NCBI GenBank assembly: GCA_000165425.1
Contig: CT868680.1
Coordinates: forward strand, 124,001-188,000
Direction of reading: 5' to 3'
DNA: 64,000 nucleotides
Source: Paramecium tetraurelia
Taxonomy: Eukaryota
In this document: positions 25,960-39,147 of the stretch, piece after piece
Position numbering within the stretch: the first letter of the stretch is position 1
How the letters are laid out: every line of letters starts with the position of its first letter
The notes under the pieces: model-generated
Databases searched by the model: none
Told to the model about the DNA's origin: nothing
What the model saw: only the letters and a program-made list of their open reading frames with translations
Position numbers and translations under genes: made by a program

Positions 25960-27234
25960 TCATTTTTTGCCTCCGCCTCCAACATTAAATTTGAAGAAAC
26001 AGATATCTCCATCTTCTACAACGTACTCCTTACCCTATTGTCTATACTTACCTTCAGCCTTGACTGCTGTGATGGTACCCAAATGAACAAAATCTTCATA
26101 CTTCATAACTTCAGCACAAATGAATCCCTTTTCAAAATCTGTATGGATAACTCCAGCAGCTTAAGGAGCTTTAGTTCCTGCTCTAATTGTCCAACATCTG
26201 ACTTCATCTTCTCCTGCAGTAAAGAAGTAAATCAAATCTAATGTCTTGTATCCAGTCTTGATGATCCTTGGCAACATGGATAATTTTGATCTTTCTTATG
26301 TTATGGTACCTGCTTGAGTTCTTAATATAGAATAAAATGAATTACTCTTCAAAAATAGTTTTTTCTAAATCTGCACTGTATGGTATAATATCTCCTGGAC
26401 AATTGGCATCAACCCAATCCTTAATACCTTTCAACCATTTATTCTTTCTAGTCATAAAATCTGGTTGACTTAAGTTGACCAAATAGACTACATTCTTTGC
26501 TGTAATGAAATAGTATTTATTCAATATTTCAATCTCCTTGAAGTTCCAATCTCCTGTTCTTACCCACTTCTTGTTGTCCAATAACAATTTGACTTTGTCC
26601 AAGACTTCCTTCTCTTCTCTAGCATCTTTATTGTTGTTTCTCTTAATTACGTGTTCTGTTTCTGCCAATCTATTGTTACAGAATTCCAAATCCTTCAACA
26701 ACAACTCAGTAGAAATGATATCCATGTCTCTAATGATATAATTGTGTATTCTACCTAATTGGATCAACTGACAATTCAGTATGACAAACATTCTCATCTT
26801 CGAATGCTCTCACTACATGATAAATTCCATCGCATTCTTTTATGTGTGATAAGAAAGCATTTCCCAATCCTTCTCCCTTGTGTGCTCCTGGGACCAATCT
26901 ATTTTATTATTCAATTATATCAATACCCAGCAATATCAACAATGCTCAAGACAGCTTGAATCTCACTTTTAGGTTTGTGAATTTGGCATAGTTTAATAAA
27001 TCTCTCATCTGGAACAGGAACTTTGGCATTGTTGGGATCTATTGTGCAGAATGGATAATTTTCTGCTGGAACATTCAATTTACACAAAGTATTAAATGTG
27101 GTTGATTTTCCTATTTTTCATAAAATGCATTCCTTACCCACATTTGCCATACCTACAATACCCATCTTGAGAGTATTGCTGGGTCTTCCCAACTTATTCT
27201 TCTTCTCTTCTTGCTATTCTTTTTTAGGAGGCAT
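25960..27234 (-). CDS. OLA1: Obg-like ATPase 1 (OLA1/YchF)
   Basis: [108 protein letters not shown]. Confidence 0.97.
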
Positions 27235-27405
27235 TTAAATCTTAATATAAATGTATTTGTTTTATTTATTAATTATACACCCTCTTTATACACTTCTCTA
27301 GAGATAGAAATAATGTTTATGAATACAACCAAACTTCAATACAAAAAAGTAATACATCGTATACATTTATACAAACCCAATTGTTAATTATGTATAATAT
27401 TAAAC

Positions 27406-28342
27406 TCATTACCCTTTTGACAACAAATCAGATTATGATTGCTATTATTTTAATGAATTTTGAGACTTTTTTCCGAAAATGACTTTTGAATCATAGTTGC
27501 TCTTAAACTAAATCTAGGTCACTGGCTTTTCCTTCTAAAACTAAATGCTACTCTTATAAGCACTCGAATTGAATTGTGCCCACTAATTTTGAATCTTCTC
27601 CTACGACACCCTCTAAGAATCGAGATAGAGAATCCCTGCCTAAGGTTCATTCTTCAACTTTTCATTATCCTCATTCAAAGATACAATTTAACTCTTCAGC
27701 TGATCAATTTATTTCTCCTTCCTATCAATTTCGAATTTGTGTTGTTTCTACAAATAATTGTACTTCTGCTAAACTATTTCCAATTACTGCTTCATCTACA
27801 GATGTTACTCCTGCATCTCAGCCAACTCTATCACCGCCTTCTGTTCCCGACTGTTCGCCTCCTGTATTTGCGATCTCAGATTCTGGAGGATGGCTTTCCA
27901 CTTAATAAATAATCAATACTCTCTCTTCTTTAATTCTACTCACACAGTATATCCTGATCTCTCTTCACACTCTCCAGTTCTGCACTCTTCTATTTGAGTT
28001 CCCTCATCAATCTGTTTATGTCCTCCTTATATTTCTCCTCCATATCTTTGCGTCTCTCGTATTCCTATTGCAGACCCTGGTACTCCTCTCTCGTTACTTG
28101 AAAACTTTAACCAAAGACATTCTTACTCATCATCATGCTCTCGCTTTGATTCGTCGGTCTGTTTTCCTCGCATTCCGCACTTTCAGACTTCCAAGTCTTT
28201 AACTTACTCAACATAATACTTCATTTTTCTTCAAATCATTCTAGAACGAATTTATACGGTCATCTCTCATCTCGAACGTCGAATCCCTTTAAAATAAAGC
28301 ATTTATTTGCTCTACTGACATATACACAGGCTGATTGTTCAT
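27406..28342 (-). CDS. hypothetical coiled-coil protein
   Basis: MNNQPVYMSVEQINALFQ...; heptad-rich (EYERRKDMEEKYKEDINRLMRELKQK; WKAILQNLRSQIQEANSREQK); two short introns. Confidence 0.65.
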
Positions 28343-28539
28343 ATATTAAATATATTATATATAATTTATTTCTGTATTACATTATCAAAAACAACAAAAA
28401 TATTATTGCAATTTTTCTTTTAATTTAATTTTAAGAAATAACTTTATTCTTGATTTCATCCTCTGCGACTAAAGCACACCTCCCCATACCAAAACCTGTC
28501 ATTTATACTAAAATTATTATATAAATTAAATTATCAAGT

Positions 28540-29980
28540 TCACCTCTCATAACTAAGAGTTCGTTTCATCAAACGGAATTAATTTATTGAAATAAAATAC
28601 CAAATCCAAATTCAAAGGAGTAACCAGCAAATGCTATTCGGTGTACTTGATAAAGAAGTTCTTTTAGTATAATTACAAAAATTAGTACTTATTTGACAGT
28701 TTTACCTGGAAAGCAAGATAATTGTCAAAATTATTCATACTTATTTCATGAAAACTATTTAAATCCATATCCTAAATTATGTTGAATACTTGAATTAAGT
28801 ATATTTTAAAAAATTAGGCATAGGTCTTTAATTTTACCACTTTATTGCCATTTAAATTCAAATTAACTGTTGCTGAAAAAACGTAGGTGTTTAATAATTT
28901 ATTCAACAATTTAACAACATTTATTGTCTTTATTTTATATTAACCTAACATTAAAATTGACATGACTCCGAATTTAAATTGCAAATTAAAACGATTTTTC
29001 TTGCAATTAGAAAATTGTTCTACTAATTGATTTGATATAATTTAAGGAACTTGTTTCTTCTTTGATTCCAATTTCGAATTCTCTAAAATTAAAATCAAAC
29101 TATTATCTGTGTTGAATTAACAAAGTCTGATTTTTATTTTGTTTCTTTTAACAACCGCAAGGCAATTTCCCCTTATACTGTTTTAATCATGAATTATCCA
29201 TTTCTCTAGTATCCTGTCGCCAACTTTACAATTTCTTATAAAATTCCTGATATTACAACCATAACACAAATTTTGGTTGTATCCCAAAAATTAATGCTCT
29301 TAATTGACTTAATGTACATCTATTTAAAGCTTCTTTTCATTGTAAATAATTTTTGTAAAAGGCTTATTGATTAAAGTTTGTAATTGATAATTAATCGTAT
29401 CTTCTTTGTAATTCATTAAAAATTACTACCTTTGTGCCCTATTACATATATATAACACGCTTATTAAAAATACTGCTGTAACTATAGTAAGACCCAAACC
29501 TACCAAATCAAATCTACCTGCATAAAAAGTAGTCACAACTAATCTGAATATCAAATGAATTATAACAGAAGGACAACTTAAATAAAAATCTGTAGCAAAA
29601 TATGTTACTGCCTAAATCAAAGAAAAGCTGCTCCCGTACAAATAGTATTCTTATCCATGTATATTGCTGGCAGTAAAATTTAACTAAAGTAATAAGATAA
29701 AAGCATTTTCTAGAGTCATTATTTTTTATGTTAGAGTCTCCTTTTTCCTTACAATGAAAAAGCTTAATATTGAGAGGGCAACAAAAGTTATGTTGATAAT
29801 TGGTATTGAAAATGATTGCCTAGTTGTTACCTTAATTATCTGTAATGTATTCATTAATAATGACATTAGAAGGAGACCAAAATGCAGAGGCCTGAGTGTT
29901 TTTTAAATGGACTGTTTTTAATATTTTAATTCAATATCTGCAGCCTTAAATTATAATGTAAGTTTATTCATTAAGTCCAT
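28540..29980 (-). CDS. ciliate-type multi-TM protein (5-6 N-terminal TM helices plus cytoplasmic domain)
   Basis: MDLMNKLTLQFKAADIELKY.. followed by hydrophobic helices (LHFGLLLMSLLMNTL; YFATDFYLSCPSVIIHLIFRLVV; LVGLGLTIVTAVFLISVLYIC) and a cytoplasmic region with LCYGCNIRNFIR. 3' end approximate. Confidence 0.6.
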
Positions 29981-30259
29981 TTTTTTTTCTTATTATCTCA
30001 AAAAATTATTTAATAGAGTCAATCGTAATTAACTGTTGAGTAAAATAACAAAAACATAAATTCGGTTAAAAAAATTGAGTCCTTTTAGTGATTTAGTTTA
30101 GATTAGTCACTTTTATTTAAATAGTGGATTGGATATTTTAAAAATTATTTTAGAAACGATTACCATTAAAGAATAAATGAAAAAAATTAATTTGAGTAAT
30201 TAAATTACTATAAATATTAAGTTTTTTAATATAAGCTTAATTTAATATTTATAATAAAT

Positions 30260-30318
30260 TATATATCTTTAAGTCGTCGAATTAACAATTTATATATCTT
30301 TAAGTCGTCGAATTGACA
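30260..30318. repeat. tandem direct duplication, 31-bp period
   Basis: TATATATCTTTAAGTCGTCGAATTAACA (30260-30287) and TATATATCTTTAAGTCGTCGAATTGACA (30291-30318), 27/28 identical. Confidence 0.9.
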
Positions 30319-30427
30319 GATGATGTCAAAATGATCTATATTTAATTTATGTACATTTTTTAATATTCAAACTCAAGTAGATCATTATATAGATTATATA
30401 TAATAATATCATATACATTTTAGTTAG

Positions 30428-33400
30428 TCATCTTTTAATAATACTATATTTAATAAGTGATGCTCTAATAATCTTCTCTTTTTGTATGATGTCGTTTGGC
30501 ATATATGATTTGTATATTTTCCTATAGAACTGAAATGATTTATTCAATTAATTAACTAAATACATTTCTGCTATGGTTATAAATACCAGTAGTTAAAATA
30601 CTACCATGACAATCATCAAAACAAGTATTAGAGTAAAGTATTGATCAATTAGATTCCCTAGATCATTAGACCAAGAAGTTAGTAAAGCTTTGAAGGCAGA
30701 CTTGATGTAATCTATGGCTACATTATATTGCCAAATGGTTTCCAAATTAATCTATCCAAATCTAGTCTCCTTATTCAAAACATAATCTTAATATAAATGA
30801 ACTATTACCTTCAGTGACAGATGAATATAATTAATTAAATGCCACGACTCCTTATTTTAGTTTACCATTTAAAATAGTCTAACAATCGTCAGCAGCCACT
30901 GTATCCAAATAAGAATTTTCTTAGAGATACTAACATAAATTTCCGAAATATATAGATTGGAAGCTTGTGTAATATGTGCCATAATTTGGATTCTCAATAG
31001 AAGGAGTGCTTTTGATATCAGTAATTTGATCTTCTAAAATTTTCTAAATTTATTCTAAGCAATTTTAATTATATTAATCAGGATTGAAATATTTCTCTTT
31101 GACTGAAACTAATAAAAGTTAACTATCACTGAAATCTTAAATGGAGTCTGCACCAGTCGAAATCAATTTGGTAATTTATTATGAGGAGTCGCTTAATGTT
31201 AAGAAAAATACTAAGGATGCCGAGGATGAAAACAACACATATAAGATATAGATTAAAGACATTTTAATTGTTAATTTTTTAAGTAATTACTTTTCAAGAA
31301 TCTGCTTGTCCTTTCTTTTAGTAAGGTTTTAGTCTTCAACTTCATTAATTAGTAGGAAATTTTATTATTATTAGAAATTAGTTTTAGTGTTGATTTATAG
31401 TTTTCTATCATTTTGTTGGATAATGCCTGATATATCATCATCCTTATTTAATATGTATTGAAATTAAGTTTGAACAAATTACTATTGTTTGACAATCTTA
31501 TTCAAATCGTTTTTCTTGATCATAATAAACATTTTTAGTACTGCTTTGAAGGTCTGACAAATCCATAAGATGATAAGTAATAATCCAAAGAATCCAATGA
31601 TAAAAATGCAAGATTCCAAGATCAGAATAATGATCACAAAATCAGACATTGAACTTGATTTATTGATAAGAATATCTTCCAAGAGCAAGACAGCATCATT
31701 AAATTCTAAATAGAGAGTGGGAACAGTAATATTCCGCATATACTTCACCAAGGAATTTGATTCATTTAGTTGAATCAATTCCTCCGAAGACAGAATGGAC
31801 ACTTGGTGTTCTACTAGAATTATCTTTGTAAACACATCCTTGTAATCTAAAACAATAGGCACATTTTGAATTTAAGCAATAGTCAGATCAGTAATAGAAT
31901 TACTATGAAATATTGTTTCATCTAAAAAGGTTTCTTGTAAATTCAAATCCCTAATTTGTAGTTTTAAGTAATCATAACTCTAATCAATTTATAAGGTTTG
32001 GTAAGTGAAGAATTTATCCTGAGTATCCAGAGCCACTCCTTCAACTAGTAAATTTTTAAAATCAGCATTTTTGTAGAGAAGCAAATCCATAACTGTATCA
32101 TAAGCTTCAATTATATAGGTTTGCATTTGCGATAATTGTAAAATACGAGCGGATTAAGTTTTAATTGGTAAAAAGTCCTAGTATACAATTATAAGCTTAC
32201 TGAATAAGGTTTAAGAAAGTAAGTGATTAGATTTAATGCTAAGATTGTAACATACATGAAACGTAGAAACCAAGTCAGATAAGAGATTTTGACAAGCAAT
32301 TTCCTAGGTCTATTATTATCCTCTTTCCTAAATATGTTATCAAGAACATTTAAAGAGAAACTTTAAGTGCCTTATTACATCTTAAACTGATTCTGAAAGG
32401 TTTCCCAATTGATCATTTTCGGTTATCCTTTAAAGTCAACCAAAGCATCCTTTTCTTCCGAGTCCTCCAAATTGTCCTCTTTCTATAGTTAATATCCCAA
32501 TCCATTTGACTTAGCGGCGGCTACTTTGATTTTGACATTTGAATTGGTTGGAGATGACTATGGTTGATGAGGTGAAACTATTTTGCTTTCTCCATCACTA
32601 GTCATGGTTAAGTATTTTGCACCATCAATGTTTTGTATACTCTTAAGTCTTGACATATCTAGGAGGATTAGAATAAATACAAATTACCTCTAGAGAGTCC
32701 TTTATTTAACATCATATAAGATTGTTTACGAACATTTTGACGAATTTTGTTTTTGAGTATTTCTGAAATGTTGGATACCTTCATTATTCCAATTCGTTCA
32801 TCCCTTATTTTATAGAATGAGATTGTGCAAATAATTTTAAATGACTTAACTTTTTACTAATCTTTCAAGATATCTTAGTATATCTCTTTTATCAAATCAT
32901 AATACCCTTTGTCTTCATCATTTTTTCTTCTTTCAGCTGCTTTCTAAAACATTAATCTAGCTTTTTTCTTGAATTCTCTTTATTAAGTGCCTTATTTAAA
33001 AAATAGTTTCTTATCATTAACTTTCAATTTGCCCTTATCTTTTTCCCTTTCCTTGTCTTGCTTCTCCTCTTGTTTAACATGCTTGAATATGAATATACAT
33101 TTACATCATCTTATTGTTTCTTGATCTAATAGAGTTTGTATTTAGATTCAGTGTAGTGCTTACATGCAGGCAGAAACTTATCAGAGAGTTTCATATGAAA
33201 AGAGATGGGTTCTCCATTGTTTACTTTACCATCCAAAACAAACTGTCCTTTCTATTTAACTATTTCATCCTTGCTCATGTTGTCATCACTCTAATCTCCT
33301 CCAGCATGAATATTACTTTCAAATTTAGTTTAAATTCTTTTGTAATTGTTCTAAAACTATGTTTCATACATTTTCTTAATTTCTTCATCAACCTTTTTAT

Positions 33401-36349
33401 TTTACTATTCATTTATATCCTTCTACATTTCAGAATACTAATCGATTTAATTCTTAAAGTCCTAAGCATCATTCCTCTCGCTAGCATTGCTGATTTATTA
33501 TTAAAATTGTTTGTTATCTTCTGGCACATCTAAAGATTGCATCTGTAGATAATTTGATGAGAGGTCTACTTCACCATATGAGATATTTCCACTTTTCCCA
33601 GGTATTAGATTATGAGAACTAGAATTGGTCATGTTCACTTATATTTTGAATTAACCTGGCATGTTGTTAACACGTTTAACTGATTTTCCCAAAGGTTCTT
33701 CTTTTTTCTTTTTGATTTTCTACATCCCGAACAATTCTAAGTCAGTCTCTTCATTGATCAATTGACATGCTCTACTAAATTATATTAATTTTGGTGCAAA
33801 TAACAAAATATTGATTAAGGTCTGTAATTTTTGTTTCTAGAACAATGACTAATCTATTTATAATGATTAAATCACATTTGGAGTCATCCCATTGATTTCC
33901 CAGTCTTAATTCAATATTATTACATCATGCTTCTTCTCATTATTTAAATCAGTCGGTCTGATCATAACTACAAATTGTGACTATCCATTCAAATCCACAT
34001 AGAGTTTTAGAAACTTTTAGGCAGTGAACATAAATCCTTTTTTATGAATGCAATAGACCTTCCTCTAAGAATACAAAGCATGTCCCTTGCCTGTCAATTT
34101 GTAATCATTCAATAAGGAGGGATGTACCTTTGAATAAATGTCAGGCATCAATTAAGTGATCTGAAATTTGTTAGCAACCTCTTCATGAGTATACCCAAAG
34201 ATCTTTGTAAATTATTTATTCACCTTAATGATTACAGCATCAGGATCATCAGTAGTTTATATAATACATGCTTTTTTATCAAATATAATTTTCTTGCTTT
34301 TTATATCAATTTTATCCATATCCAATTTTTGTTCTTAATCTGATTTCACACTAGCTATGTCTTCTTCTACATTATTTTCTTGGACTTCCTCAGAGAAGAT
34401 ATCATTCTCATTAACTGACAATCCTTAGAAGTTATCTAATATTTTATTTTTTAATTTCTTATTTTATATATAGAGAGTAAACCAAGCATAATAAAATTTC
34501 CATTTTTTTTTGAAATCCAAATAATTCTGAATCTACACCCATAAATTATTTGTTTATTCAATCTTCTCAAATTAATTCTTGAGTAACTCATCCAATTCCT
34601 ACAGGTCGATCACTTCCTTCTATAAACACTTCCAAAATGCACAATTTTGTATCATAATCTGATTGATGTTCTTCTTTATTGTTTCAATTAGATCTTCAAC
34701 ATATAATGCATTCTAGATTTCCAATTTCTCCCTATAACTTTCTTGATTCCTATGTTTTATGTATCGTTTAATTTTCATTTTCAATTGGTAAGCCTTATAT
34801 CTATTGATAACAAAAAGAAACCGTTTTTCTAAGCCATTCAAAATATGCAATGAAATTTAATGATTTTGAAATTTAAAGAACATATACCGAGCATAAAGCA
34901 ATTACAATTCAATTGAATTAGGATTATCCATCAGTTTAGTCTCAATCCAGGATTTTATCAGAAACTTTACGAAAATATTCTTATGAATAAGCCAATCGTC
35001 CAACATTACTTCCTTCTTCTTCTTGGAATCAAAAGTTTTCTTCTTCTTACAAAAACACCTGCCTTCTCCCTATATTATGGTATGTCGACACTCCTATTCC
35101 ATATGTCTCTATAAGATGCCTTTAAAAAACAAATCTACGTTGATATCTTAATTAGTGACTTCAAGCAATGAAATAACTATAAAAACCTATCTCGAAAAAT
35201 CAGTTTCACTGGCTTTCTCATAATTGATGTCTTCATAATTGGAGTTTCTCAAATTGTAAATAAAGCAACAAACTAAAAATATGAAGGACAAAGTGAAAAA
35301 AAGACTGAAATTCTCAAATGATTGTTCAATTGTGTTCCAACGATACAACTCATCAATCATCATCGAAAAACTCGAGGAGACCATTATAATCAGTAAGATT
35401 AAGAAGGTATTACGTATAATAGAAGTGGCAAAAGCCATGTATCCACTGTAAAACAAGCAATTTAAAAGAAAGAAAGAATACCCTAAAAATATACAGATCA
35501 TCATGACCCATAGATAGGAGTAATCATTAGAACTACAGAGAATAGGGTTTCATAGTTACCTAAACGAAATCAGAAAGGCCTAGAAAGCTCTGAAGAGATG
35601 AAACATTGCTAAATAGAGTGAATTTTCTGTATTGAAACAATCCTTCTTCTGACTGCTGTCATTATGGAAAAATACACTCAAGAAAAATATGTTGAAAAGT
35701 CCAAAACACACTCTAATGTAATATTAAGTAATACCCTAATACTGACATGGCTATTAAGACTTTCCTCTCGGCATTCATAGAACAATCCATCGAAGGACCA
35801 CAAACTATGTTCTCAAAAAAGACTACCAAGGCCGGATAATGGAATATCCAAATGTACCACTCAGACAATTGCACAAATTTCTAGATAACAGCATTTAGTA
35901 CCTTGCCTATGAACTTCTTCCTGACTCGATAATCATCCGATTGTAGTATGTAAAGAATGAAATATAATAAGGTGTTACCGATTGTGGCAAGCAAAAATAT
36001 GGATAACATTAGGTAATTAATTGTTATGTCTTGTCTTAGTAAACCTTGAATGTCAAAGTATGTGCCAGAGTCGATTATTTAATTAAGAATTGTTGACTCC
36101 GATGAGTAGTGGAGATCTATCACGTTCTTGTATCTGAATATACTGATTAAGGTACTATCGAATTTAACTCATTATATGATGGATAAAGGAGACTATCAAC
36201 ATTATTATGGCCTTCGTGTAAGATGCTTATTTCAATTTCAAAAGATCATTAAACAATTTGAAATGTTCTTCCAAACCCTTTCCATCACGTCTCTTCTCCA
36301 ACTCCCTCTCTTGTTACTACAGAGTGGGTATCACTTATTCTTTATCCAT
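30428..36349 (-). CDS. very large multi-pass membrane protein with PAS domain (TmcB/PAS-like family, ~1900 aa)
   Basis: N-terminal TM bundle (ORF 35187-35504). Clear PAS fold CIIQTTDDPDAVIIKVNNNLQKIFGYTHEEVANKFQITQLMPDIYSKVHPSLLNDYKLTGKG..VYCIHKKGFMF..FVVMIRP. Long acidic/charged linker and C-terminal TM pairs (ORF 31482-31862); ends YMPNDIIQKEKIIRASLIKYSIIKR*. Confidence 0.8.
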
Positions 36350-36377
36350 CCAATTTATTAAATAAATATAATTATTT

Positions 36378-37576
36378 ATGCAGGAGTGGTGTACAATCGA
36401 GTCCGACCCTGGAGTTTTCACTGAGCTCATCAATGCAATTGGAGTCCAAGGAGTTCAAGTTGAAGAGATCTACGATCTAAATGATGAGCAATAGATAGCT
36501 TAAATGCAACCAATTTATGGATTCATCTTCCTATTCCGATGGACAAGCAAAGGCGAAAAAAGAGAATCCCTCAAAATTTATGATCAAGATCTCTTCTTTG
36601 CCAACTAAGTCATTTAAAATGCATGTGCAACCCAAGCCATCATTTCTATTTTACTCAATTGCCCATAAATTGAAATTGGAGAAGCACTCAGAAATTATAA
36701 AGTATTACACTATTCATCATCCAGGAATTCGCCCTTGCTCTAGATCCCAAAGAAAGAGGCAACTGCCTAGGTGCTGTCGATATCATTAAGACTGCTCATA
36801 ACAGCTTTGCTCGACCTGAACCCTTTATTTTCTCTAACGATAAGAAAAAAGCTAAGGTAAGTCTCCCTCCATTTTATTCTAGGAAGGTGATGATGTATTT
36901 CACTTTGTCTCTTATATCCCCTTCAAAGGAAAGGTGTATGAATTAGATGGTCTCCAAGAAGGACCCATCTTGATTGGAGAATATCAAGATGATTGGGTTG
37001 TCAGAGCTAAGGAAGCCATCTTAACCAGGATCCAACACTACTAAGAAAAGGAAACTGCTTTCACTTTGTTAGCTGTCAATTAATGTAGGAAATTCAAAGT
37101 ATGTGCAATAATTTATTTAGGCTAACAACATTATTTTATAGTCTTAAAATGAAATACTCTAGAGTCTCAAGACTTTGTAATTCATAGGAGTCGATTTAAC
37201 TGAAGAGTAGACATAACAATTACTTCAACTTTCAAATTAATAAGTAAATTGTAATACTATTATGCATACAAGAATATTGAGCAAGAATTACTGCAAGAAT
37301 CGTCAGAAGAATTATAAAATAGATTAGCTCTGGCCAACAACAGAATTTAGGAAGCCCAAATTATACTTAGTGAAGAGAGTGCAAAGTTTTAAAAATATTA
37401 AGTACTTCTACCAAAGTTATCACTCTTAGGAAGAAAATTCCAGAAGGAAGCACAATTACATTCCATTCATTTTAGAACTTTTTAAGATGGCTCAACGAAA
37501 AGGTTAACTAGAAGGACTATTGGAAAAGGCATAACAAAAGTAATAACAAAAGTTGTAACAATAAACAAAAAAATGA
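36378..37576 (+). CDS. UCH37: ubiquitin C-terminal hydrolase UCH37/UCHL5 (peptidase C12)
   Basis: [30 protein letters not shown] (catalytic Cys), [14 protein letters not shown] (His), YELDGL (Asp), and C-terminal [16 protein letters not shown]; several short introns. Confidence 0.95.
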
Positions 37577-37684
37577 TATTTAAGTTTTATAATATGAACA
37601 ATATATATATAAAATTTAATTGATTCTTTCAATAAATTATTTAAGCATTGATTAAATTATAAATGCTAAATAAGTATAAATATA

Positions 37685-39075
37685 TCAAATAAATTTATTT
37701 TCTCTTAACTTTAATCTAACTTTATTTATTTAATCTTAAATTTAATCTAATTCTTGTTCAAGCTATTCCCTTTTTCTTCTCTCCAATGCACTCTTTGATA
37801 TGTTAATCTTTTTATTTAATTCACTTTCTAAAGTTTATTTTTTTATTGTCAATTCATTCAGCTAATTGGTTAATTGAAACTCTAAATCCTTCTATTACTA
37901 AGTACGAAAATCAGATGGAAAATTCAAAATCCCTCCTTGATTATAAGTTACTTATTATGGATCTTATTTGCTGTTTTACTATTTGATTTAAGATTAAACT
38001 AACATTTGATTGAATTATTTAATACTGTTCTATTTTTTAAATTATTTGTAAGCATTTATTAAATTATCATTCTCCTGTAATCCTTCATGTTTAGAAGCAT
38101 TCTAACTTAGATTCTGAAGAATCTATTATTCACTGCTTGATGCATTACTGTAAGCGCTACTCATCATAGTTGTGGCTTCTCGGAATTAGAGTTATTAACT
38201 TTGCTTTTTCTAGATTTATTAATACTATTCAAATTGTTATAACAAGGATTTAAATTACTAATCAAGCATAACCTATAAGTCCTATACATAAATATTACAT
38301 TCTGCTATGAAACATTTCTAGCTTCCTTTTCAAGTAAGTCAATTCTGATATAAGCTTCATTCAATCTTAAATTAGCATCTTCTAATTTCACCTCTGTTTC
38401 TTTTACTTTGACTTCTAGATTAATGCACTAATTTTTATAATGGTTGACCTACTGCTTAGTTTCATGGAGTTCTATTAATTTGGAGTCGTAGTCTGTGGGA
38501 ACTTAAAAATTTTATAGATGTTGTGTTAATTATTAATGCAATTATTATTAGATTTTTTATTACATAGACTGAAGTTATTATTGTTGTTAATTTTATTATT
38601 GCTGATATTTTTGGCTTTGATTTTGTATCTCATCCATAGCTCCCATGTACTTCTCTAATATTTCATCCCTCTCCTATTATAATAGATTGAGAATCTTGTT
38701 ATACTAGGTTATTATGAGATTGATGAGAATGGATTGTTCAAGAATCTTCTCATCCCTTATTTTGATATCTTCATCTTTATCTATAACCATCTACTTTAAG
38801 TTTTGGAGGTTTTATTCATAAAACGAGATCAGTTAAATTTAAACAGCTTCCTTGCCTTTCTCCTTTGCATTGCTGTCAGAATTTGAAATGTCATTATTAC
38901 TTAATTATTCAATCGGTTCTGTAACCTGTTTTTATCCACTGAAGAATCTTCTTTATTATTCTGTTTTTTTGCCAACTTTATCCTAATAGATCTAAAATAA
39001 GTTATCCATAGGTTAATAGGAAGATGAACCTCCTTGGCTTAAACATTTAAAATTATTCCCATCAACATCATCCAT
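37685..39075 (-). CDS. hypothetical Q-rich coiled-coil protein
   Basis: MDDVDGNNFKCLSQGGSS...; long Q/E/K heptad stretches in code 6; ends ENKFI*. Introns approximate. Confidence 0.6.
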
Positions 39076-39147
39076 TTTGAATTTATTATATTAAGATAAT
39101 TATATAATCAATCTCTCAATTTTAACAGTGCCATAGATACAAATAAA

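Noticed and set aside
30260..30318. Direct repeat considered as a CRISPR array or transposon end
   Set aside because: Only two adjacent copies with no spacer, eukaryotic context, and no cas or transposase gene.
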